16,945 nucleotides of DNA from Enterococcus phage EFRM31: sequence record GU815339.1; one strand, 5' to 3'. Numbering within the stretch: position 1 is the first letter of the stretch; every line of letters begins with the position of its first letter. Below are positions 7,054 through 13,289 of the stretch, one piece after another. The notes beneath the pieces were generated by a model. The model was not told the DNA's origin, did not search any database, and was given only the letters and a program-made list of their open reading frames with translations. A program made the translations under genes and the position numbers.

Positions 7054-7326
7054 ATGAAACATAAAGGATTAATCATTGGATTGGCAGTAGGATTGAGTTT
7101 TTCAGGAAGTACAGCAATGTTGGCAAACAACTTAAACAAGCAGAAATTGAATGAAGCTAAACAGGAATTACACTTATACAAAGAATTGAATGAACGTCAA
7201 CAAGATATTATTTTAGAGTATAAAGTAGTATCAGGAATTGAAGTATCAAGTATCACAAAAACATTAGACAATAAAGAGTTAATCAAAGAATTAGAAAAAC
7301 GAATTAACAAATTGGAGGATAAATAA
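7054..7326 (+). CDS. small exported/anchored coiled-coil protein (N-terminal signal-peptide-like segment)
   Basis: ORF track. N-terminus MKHKGLIIGLAVGLSFSGSTAMLA followed by a heptad-like KELNE repeat region. Confidence 0.55.
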   Translation: MKHKGLIIGLAVGLSFSGSTAMLANNLNKQKLNEAKQELHLYKELNERQQDIILEYKVVSGIEVSSITKTLDNKELIKELEKRINKLEDK

Positions 7327-7327
7327 A

Positions 7328-7489
7328 ATGAATGAAAATATGGAAGTTTTAACGGCAATTTTAGTGGCAAATTTAGTAGGTATTTTAACAATTGTATTCA
7401 CAACGTCAAGTGACGCTGGTTTAGTATCTTGGTTAGTATCATTCGCATTAACATTCTTAGCAATTCAAACATTTACGGAGGTTGAATAA
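7328..7489 (+). CDS. 53-aa membrane protein (MNENMEVLTAILVANLVGILTIVFTTSSDAGLVSWLVSFALTFLAIQTFTEVE)
   Basis: Not in ORF track. Starts 2 nt after the upstream stop. RBS TTGGAGGATAAATAAAATG. Confidence 0.45.
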   Translation: MNENMEVLTAILVANLVGILTIVFTTSSDAGLVSWLVSFALTFLAIQTFTEVE

Positions 7490-7490
7490 C

Positions 7491-7700
7491 ATGAATTTAT
7501 TACAAGCGTATGAAGTGGTTGACAGTCATTTTTTAGTAGTGAAAGAATCAAATGGTATGACTGCATTAGTAATTGACACAACAAGCGACAAGTCAGTAGC
7601 ACGATTATTTAATAAATATAATGAGTTGACAAAGGTATTAAATATCAGTTACAATGAATCATGGGGCGGAATTGAATTAGTAATTGGAGAGGAAGAATAA
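7491..7700 (+). CDS. hypothetical small protein
   Basis: ORF track frame (7482..7700). ATG at 7491 with GGAGG 10 nt upstream preferred over TTG 7482. Confidence 0.55.
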   Translation: MNLLQAYEVVDSHFLVVKESNGMTALVIDTTSDKSVARLFNKYNELTKVLNISYNESWGGIELVIGEEE

Positions 7701-7702
7701 TA

Positions 7703-7894
7703 ATGAAAACAGAACGTATTATTGCAATTGACAATATTTTGAATGAACTGGAAAATGATTTCAGAAGTAAAGGTGTTTCACAAGATGACATAGAAAAGTA
7801 TGCAACATACACAGTATTAGCAATGTTAGGTGTATTTTCTCAAAATAATATTGATGTAGAAAAAGCCATTGAAGTATTGACAAATATGTTATAA
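7703..7894 (+). CDS. hypothetical acidic small protein
   Basis: ORF track. RBS GGAGAGGAAGAATAATAATG. Confidence 0.55.
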   Translation: MKTERIIAIDNILNELENDFRSKGVSQDDIEKYATYTVLAMLGVFSQNNIDVEKAIEVLTNML

Positions 7895-7919
7895 GGTAAT
7901 AAAAAAGGTGGTTCAAACC

Positions 7920-8294
7920 ATGGGAAGAGAAGCTAACTTTAGTAGAGAAGTTGTAAAGTATTTGAAGAGTAGAGGTGCATTAGTAAACGTCAATACAGCA
8001 AACATATATGACCGCGTTGGACGTGCAGACATTGAAGCATGTTATAAAGGTTATTATATCGCTTTAGAATTGAAAACAGGTAACTACAAAGCTGATAAAT
8101 TACAAATACGATATTTACAAGAAATTAGATGTGCTGGTGGATATGGGCTATTATTAAGAGATACGCTAGATGATTTAGAGGACCTATTACTTCACTTAGA
8201 CCAGATGGATAATGGTGTGGAATATCCATACACATATGAACAACCAGATTTACCAGAAATAAATTATGACGAATTGGAGATTGACTATGATTGA
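7920..8294 (+). CDS. VRR-NUC-like PD-(D/E)xK nuclease
   Basis: ORF track frame (7908 GTG; ATG 7920 with AAGGTGG RBS). D...E-L-K arrangement (GRADIEA ... IALELKTG) typical of VRR-NUC phage nucleases. Context: next to helicase. Confidence 0.55.
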   Translation: MGREANFSREVVKYLKSRGALVNVNTANIYDRVGRADIEACYKGYYIALELKTGNYKADKLQIRYLQEIRCAGGYGLLLRDTLDDLEDLLLHLDQMDNGVEYPYTYEQPDLPEINYDELEIDYD

Positions 8295-8787
8295 AGAATG
8301 GAAAGATATTAAAGGTTATGAGGGTTTATATCAGGTTAGTAACTTAGGTAGAGTGAAGAGTTTAAAGTTTGGTAAAGAACGGATATTGAAGACAGGTGTA
8401 GACCGTTATGGATACATATCTGTTAATTTATATAAAAATAACAAAAGAAAACTATGTAAAGTCCACCGCTTAGTAGCTCAAGCATTCATACCAAACCATG
8501 AAAATAAACCACAAGTAAACCATATTGATGAAGATAAAACAAATAACATGGTTTCCAATCTTGAATGGGTTACAGCTAAGGAGAATGTAAATCATGGTAC
8601 ACGTAATGATAGAGTTTCAAAAGCAGTCAAGGTTATTGATATTGCAAACGGTGAATATAATTACTATAATTCAATCAATGAATGTGTAAGACAACTTGGA
8701 CTCCATCAAGGTAATGTCGTTAGTTGCTTAAAAGGTAGACGTAAAACATGCGGTGGATACACCTTTAAATATAAGGAGGTGGACTAA
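8287..8787 (+). CDS. HNH endonuclease, NUMOD4 + HNH_3 (homing-endonuclease-type)
   Basis: N-terminus MIEEWKDIKGYEGLYQVSNLGRVKS (NUMOD4 signature) and HNH_3 core (VHRLVAQAF...NHIDEDKTNN...NLEWVT). Start 8287 overlaps the VRR-NUC stop by 8 nt. Stop abuts the terS ATG. Confidence 0.85.
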   Translation: MIEEWKDIKGYEGLYQVSNLGRVKSLKFGKERILKTGVDRYGYISVNLYKNNKRKLCKVHRLVAQAFIPNHENKPQVNHIDEDKTNNMVSNLEWVTAKENVNHGTRNDRVSKAVKVIDIANGEYNYYNSINECVRQLGLHQGNVVSCLKGRRKTCGGYTFKYKEVD

Positions 8788-9261
8788 ATGGCACGACCAC
8801 GAAAATTAATCAACGCAACAAACAAACACTATACTGAAGAAGAACGTATTCAAAAACAAAAAGAAGAAAAAAAATTGTACAGCTACGAACCTTTAGACTT
8901 TTCATATTTTCCAATGGGGTTATTACGAGGTGCTTATGCAGAATGGGAACGAATTGGTAACTTCGTAGGAGATTTACCACTAAGTGAGTTAGATTCGCAG
9001 ACACTTGTTTCTTACTGTAACTATGTTTACTTATACAGTAAACTAGCAGAAGAGGTTTCTATTGAGGGTGAAGTGACAGAAGATGGAAAGCTAAACCCCA
9101 AAGTAACCGCAATGATGGGTTATAGTAAGCAAATCAAAAGCGCAACTAATGACTTAGGTTTAACTATCAATTCAAGATTGAAACTGGTAGCACCAAAAGA
9201 AGTAGAGGACGAAAGCAAAGACCCACTAGGTCAATTGCTTAAAATGCGTACACAAGCATAA
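8788..9261 (+). CDS. terS: terminase small subunit, P27 family
   Basis: N-terminus MARPRK..., size ~157 aa, position immediately upstream of terL. RBS AAGGAGGTGGACTAAATG. Confidence 0.8.
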   Translation: MARPRKLINATNKHYTEEERIQKQKEEKKLYSYEPLDFSYFPMGLLRGAYAEWERIGNFVGDLPLSELDSQTLVSYCNYVYLYSKLAEEVSIEGEVTEDGKLNPKVTAMMGYSKQIKSATNDLGLTINSRLKLVAPKEVEDESKDPLGQLLKMRTQA

Positions 9262-9266
9262 GATTT

Positions 9267-9277
9267 TGTGTTATAAT
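9267..9277 (+). promoter_or_regulatory. extended -10 promoter (TGTGTTATAAT) immediately after terS
   Basis: TGnTATAAT seen in sequence. Weak -35 TACACA 17 bp upstream. A second TATAAT sits at 9315-9320. Confidence 0.45.
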
Positions 9278-9283
9278 GTATTT

Positions 9284-9523
9284 ATGTAAAAGATATTCTA
9301 TATTATTTGTATAGTATAATAATAGCGGGTATTATTATACAGGCGCAACTACTCCAATAGTTGCGGACATGTTAGCTAAAGTGTTGTGAGGAACGCCGTA
9401 TACAGAAGGTCCGCTAACTGTATAACAACACTTTAGCATTAAAGAATGGTTGCTGTGCGACCAATTGACTTAGGTAAGTTTGTTATCCCCTTTGGATAAA
9501 CTCATGACCTAAGTCTTTTTATT
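9284..9523 (+). ncRNA. candidate structured non-coding RNA (~240 nt) between terS and terL
   Basis: Own promoter and own terminator. Four strong hairpins: 9314-9340 (11-bp AT stem, GCGGG loop), 9344-9365 (8 bp), 9375-9437 (13-bp + 7-bp stems with 11-nt bulge), 9467-9515 (terminator). No ORF above 17 codons. No tRNA-like T-loop. Confidence 0.4.
9467..9523 (+). terminator. rho-independent terminator (GACTTAGGT...ACCTAAGTC long imperfect stem + TTTTTATTT)
   Basis: Seen in sequence. Confidence 0.6.
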
Positions 9524-9534
9524 TGTGCTATAAT
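9524..9534 (+). promoter_or_regulatory. extended -10 promoter (TGTGCTATAAT) for terL
   Basis: TGnTATAAT 22 nt upstream of the terL ATG at 9556. Confidence 0.5.
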
Positions 9535-9555
9535 AATGATAAGGAGGTAATACAT

Positions 9556-11280
9556 ATGAATAATATTGATTATGTACAAGACTATATAGACTACGTAAAA
9601 GAAAATCAAATACCAATAGGTAATAAAATCAAACAAGCTATTAGACGACATGAAAAAGATTTAGAGAAGTCAAAAGACCCAGACTATCCATATTACTATG
9701 ACCCTAAAGAAGCATTAGAACCAGTGGTTTTTATTGAAATGCTACCAGACCCAAAGACACGCAAAACAAATAAGCTAGCTAAGTTCCAGAAGTTTATTAT
9801 TGCAATGATATATGGGTGGCGCAAAAAGAAAAACGGAATGCGCAGATTCAGAAAAGTATATATCAGTTTAGCACGTAAGAACGGAAAATCTATTCTGGTT
9901 GCTGGTATCTCACTATACGAGTTTCTATTAGGTCAATATCCACAGGCAAGCCGTCAGATAGTCGCCGCCGCCAACACCAAAGACCAAGCAGGTATTGTAT
10001 TCAACATGTTAAAATCACAGCTAAAGGCATTGCGTGCAGTAAGTGATGGAACAAGGAAAGTAACCAAAGTTAATAAGAAAGACATTGAACACTTAGAAGA
10101 TGAATCAACGGTTAAGCCACTATCAAGTGATGCAGATAGCTTAGACGGACTAGACGTGCTATGTGGTGTACTTGATGAGTATGGAGAAGCTAAAAGCACA
10201 GCCATGATTGAGGTATTAGAAAGTTCACAGTCACAACAATTACAAGGTTTAATTTTGATTATTAGTACAACAACCAAAAACTTGAATGGACCAATGCACA
10301 GCATAGAATACCCATTTATAACTAAGCTACTTAATGAGGAAGTGGAAGCTGATGCTTACCTTGCATTGTGTTGGGAAATGGATAGCCTAAGTGAAGTAGA
10401 TGATGAAGCTAACTGGATTAAGAGTAACCCATTATTTGAGAATGCACAGTTACATGAAACAATGTACGAACATAAGGTTAACTCATTAGCAGAGTATAAG
10501 GCTAAGGGTGACATGAGTGGTTGGCTAACTAAAGAGATGAACTTCTGGGTACAATCATCACAAGACAGTTTCATTGATAAAGAATCTTGGGAAGCTGTTA
10601 AACAAACACAACCGTATGACATAAAAGGTAGACCAGTTTATATAGGGCTGGATTTGGCACGTACAGGCGATATGACGGCTGTTAGTTGGGTGATACCTAT
10701 TGCAGAGGAACGCAAGCTACTTCTTGACAGTCACGCTTTTATAGCCTCTGTGGGCGGTATTGAAGCTAAACAGATAAAAGATAAGATACCGTATAGACAG
10801 TATGAGAACTTAGGACTAGTAAACATCAGTCAGCGACCAGATGGTTTGATAGACCATGAAGATATGTGCGAATGGATAAGAGAGTTCATAACAGAGTATG
10901 ACTTAGACCTACAAGGTATTTACTATGACGGACACCAAGCAACACCATCTGTAATCAACTTAAGCAAGGACTTTCCAGACAAACTAATTGAAGTACCACA
11001 GCGCATCCAGTATTTAAATGCACCTACAAAGTACTTACGTGATGCAATTATCAAGGGTGAAGTGATTCAAACAGATAACCCACTACTAACTAGAGCGGTA
11101 TATAATGCTATTATGCGTGAGTTTGCGGACAATATAGCTATTGAAAAGGCTATGAATCGTAACAAAATTGACCCTATAGATGCCTTAATTAATGCAATGA
11201 GTGAAGCAATGTACTTTGATTATGAGTATATTAGCTTTAAAGAACTGATTGAAGAAGGTAAATTTGGATTTGGTGTATAA
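9556..11280 (+). CDS. terL: terminase large subunit (Terminase_1-type ATPase + nuclease)
   Basis: Walker A SLARKNGKS. Length ~575 aa. ATG 9556 with AAGGAGGT RBS preferred over the track start 9523. Gene order. Confidence 0.9.
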   Translation: MNNIDYVQDYIDYVKENQIPIGNKIKQAIRRHEKDLEKSKDPDYPYYYDPKEALEPVVFIEMLPDPKTRKTNKLAKFQKFIIAMIYGWRKKKNGMRRFRKVYISLARKNGKSILVAGISLYEFLLGQYPQASRQIVAAANTKDQAGIVFNMLKSQLKALRAVSDGTRKVTKVNKKDIEHLEDESTVKPLSSDADSLDGLDVLCGVLDEYGEAKSTAMIEVLESSQSQQLQGLILIISTTTKNLNGPMHSIEYPFITKLLNEEVEADAYLALCWEMDSLSEVDDEANWIKSNPLFENAQLHETMYEHKVNSLAEYKAKGDMSGWLTKEMNFWVQSSQDSFIDKESWEAVKQTQPYDIKGRPVYIGLDLARTGDMTAVSWVIPIAEERKLLLDSHAFIASVGGIEAKQIKDKIPYRQYENLGLVNISQRPDGLIDHEDMCEWIREFITEYDLDLQGIYYDGHQATPSVINLSKDFPDKLIEVPQRIQYLNAPTKYLRDAIIKGEVIQTDNPLLTRAVYNAIMREFADNIAIEKAMNRNKIDPIDALINAMSEAMYFDYEYISFKELIEEGKFGFGV

Positions 11281-11310
11281 AGAGTGCTTTAACTAGCACT
11301 CTTTTTTCTA
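11281..11310 (+). terminator. rho-independent terminator (AGAGTGCT/AGCACTCT + T6) directly after terL stop
   Basis: Seen in sequence. Confidence 0.6.
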
Positions 11311-11349
11311 TTGTTTTGTGGTAAAATGGGGTATATAGGAGGGGTAAAT

Positions 11350-11514
11350 ATGCAAAATCCGGTATTGTTAGTAGTAATTTTCTACGTTTTAGGTATGCTA
11401 TCACTAGTCACAGCAATGTTTTTCACTGGTTTAGTAGCTGGTTTAGTAGCCTTAGCAGTAGCATTATTAATTCCATCAGTAATCTTATACAAAGAATTGG
11501 GAGAAGGTGAATAA
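11350..11514 (+). CDS. 54-aa membrane protein (2 TM) inserted between terL and portal
   Basis: ORF track frame (11311..11514). ATG 11350 with AGGAGGGG RBS. Extended -10 TGGTAAAAT at 11319-11327 upstream. Very hydrophobic. Confidence 0.45.
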   Translation: MQNPVLLVVIFYVLGMLSLVTAMFFTGLVAGLVALAVALLIPSVILYKELGEGE

Positions 11515-11518
11515 TTAA

Positions 11519-12670
11519 ATGGGAGTTTTTGTCGCACCTAGAAGCACAACAAAGCAGAACTTCATTGACTTTATCGAAAGCAGTGACATTTATTCAACAG
11601 AAATCACAGGTGAAAAGGCATTACGTAATTCAGACATTTTCACAGGTATCAACATTATTAGTGGTGACTTAGGACAGTCAAAATTTAGACCAACTAAGAA
11701 TAGTGAAGCTGATGAACAATTTCTAAAAATGATTAACAAACGACCAAACAATAAACAAAGTCATTACATGTTCATGTACGCAACAGTAGCAAACTTGATT
11801 CTAAGCGGTAACTCATATGCATTAATCCACAGAGATAAATTAGGAGTAGTTGAGAGCTTGGAGTTTGTAAAACCTGAACAAGTAAATGTAATCCAAAACG
11901 TTACAACAGGCGAATGGTCGTATGATGTAACAATGGAGTATGGTAGCATTATGTACAAATGTACACCAGAAGATATTTTGCACTTTAGAATTACAACTGT
12001 AGATGGTTTCCTTGGTAGAAGTCCTTTACTATCATTGAAAGATGAAGTAGCTATGCAGTCAAACGGTAGTAAGATTTTAAGCAAGTTCTTTGCCAACGGT
12101 GTATTTGGAGGAGGTATCTTAAAACTAAAAGGCGGTTACGTTGACAACGAAACAAAAGCAAAAATCAGACAGGACTTTGAAAAGGCAAACGGTGGTAGCA
12201 CTAACAGTAATGGCGTTATTGTCTTAGACGAATCAACAGAGTTCCAAGAATACAAAATGAATACTGATATTCTTAAACTGATTCAAGGTAACAAGTTTAG
12301 TACACAACAGATTGCAAAAGTATTAGGTATTCCATTGAACCGCTTTGGTATGGAATTAGTAAACTCTACAGATAGTGGTGCAAATGACATCTATATTGCT
12401 TCAACTATTAGCCAATATGAAAGAGCTATCTGTGATGAAATTGAAATTAAAACAGGTAACGAGTTAGAATTAGACCTCACAACATTATTAAATGATACCT
12501 ATGAAGATAGACGTAAACGAGTTTTTGAAGGTAAACAGAATAATGAGTTGCTAAAAGCAATTAAGACTAACGAAATTCGTGACTATTTAGGTTATGCAGA
12601 TGTTGAAGAAGGTGAAGAATTAATGAAAGTAGATGAAAAAGAAGGAGTGTCAGCAAGTGAAGAATCTTGA
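11519..12670 (+). CDS. portal protein, HK97 family
   Basis: 383 aa. Motif pattern typical of HK97-family portals. Position between terL and prohead protease. Confidence 0.9.
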   Translation: MGVFVAPRSTTKQNFIDFIESSDIYSTEITGEKALRNSDIFTGINIISGDLGQSKFRPTKNSEADEQFLKMINKRPNNKQSHYMFMYATVANLILSGNSYALIHRDKLGVVESLEFVKPEQVNVIQNVTTGEWSYDVTMEYGSIMYKCTPEDILHFRITTVDGFLGRSPLLSLKDEVAMQSNGSKILSKFFANGVFGGGILKLKGGYVDNETKAKIRQDFEKANGGSTNSNGVIVLDESTEFQEYKMNTDILKLIQGNKFSTQQIAKVLGIPLNRFGMELVNSTDSGANDIYIASTISQYERAICDEIEIKTGNELELDLTTLLNDTYEDRRKRVFEGKQNNELLKAIKTNEIRDYLGYADVEEGEELMKVDEKEGVSASEES

Positions 12671-13220
12671 AATTAGACAACTACAACAGGTTGAAACAGT
12701 AACAGACAATATTGTTGAAGGCTACGCTTTAAAGTTTGATTCACCTAGTGAAAACTTAGGTGGATTCATTGAGTTCATAGATAAGCGTGCATTAGATGGT
12801 GTTGATATGAGTGACGTTCGTATGTTCGTTGACCATGATTCAAGTAAGTTATTAGGACGGACAAAGAGTGGAACATTAACATTAGAGGTTGACGACATTG
12901 GTTTAAAATTTAGAGCATTACTTCCTGATACATCAGTTGGACGTGATGCAATGGAACTAGTTAAACGCGGTGACCTTAGTCAGTGTTCGTTTGGATTCAC
13001 AGTTGCTAAAGATGAATGGCGCAAAGCTGATGGAATAAATCACAGAACTATCAAACAAATCAAGTCACTATTTGAAATCTCACTGGTTTCAATTCCAGCA
13101 TATGCAGACACAGATGTTAGTGTGGCTAAACGTTCATTAGAACAAATGGAAGAGGAAGCAAAACAATTTCAAAAGCGTAAACTAGAATTAGAATTAAACC
13201 TATTAGGGTTATACAAGTAA
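12633..13220 (+). CDS. prohead protease, HK97 family (S78)
   Basis: Conserved EGYA..FD, H-D..LG and S-GF motifs. Overlaps portal 3' end; alternative GTG start at 12657. Confidence 0.8.
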   Translation: MKKKECQQVKNLEIRQLQQVETVTDNIVEGYALKFDSPSENLGGFIEFIDKRALDGVDMSDVRMFVDHDSSKLLGRTKSGTLTLEVDDIGLKFRALLPDTSVGRDAMELVKRGDLSQCSFGFTVAKDEWRKADGINHRTIKQIKSLFEISLVSIPAYADTDVSVAKRSLEQMEEEAKQFQKRKLELELNLLGLYK

Positions 13221-13242
13221 CACCCACAAGTTCCCTTGTTCG

Positions 13243-13280
13243 TGATATACTATCTTTAGTAAGAAAAATAATATTAAAGG
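13243..13280 (+). promoter_or_regulatory. late-gene upstream element TGATATACT (extended -10-like) + CTTTAGTAAGAAAAATAATATTAAAGG leader, shared with the major tail gene
   Basis: Near-identical element at 16303-16342. Confidence 0.45.
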
Positions 13281-13289
13281 GGTGTGCGT

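Noticed and set aside
6290-7391. minus-strand ORFs 6290..6577, 6909..7181, 7197..7391
   Set aside because: Antisense to plus-strand genes and promoters. Low-complexity Leu/Phe-rich. No RBS.
8810-9004. 64-aa minus-strand ORF inside terS
   Set aside because: Antisense to terS. No RBS.
9300-9470. tRNA or group I intron in the terS-terL spacer
   Set aside because: No cloverleaf with a 7-bp acceptor stem or GTTC-type T-loop could be folded. No intron core motifs (P4/P7) recognisable. No interrupted terminase ORF. An independent promoter/terminator unit is more parsimonious.
9954-10622. minus-strand ORFs 9954..10304 and 10356..10622 inside terL
   Set aside because: Antisense to the terminase large subunit. 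Ser/Cys-rich antisense composition.
11764-12096. 110-aa minus-strand ORF inside portal
   Set aside because: Antisense to the conserved portal gene.
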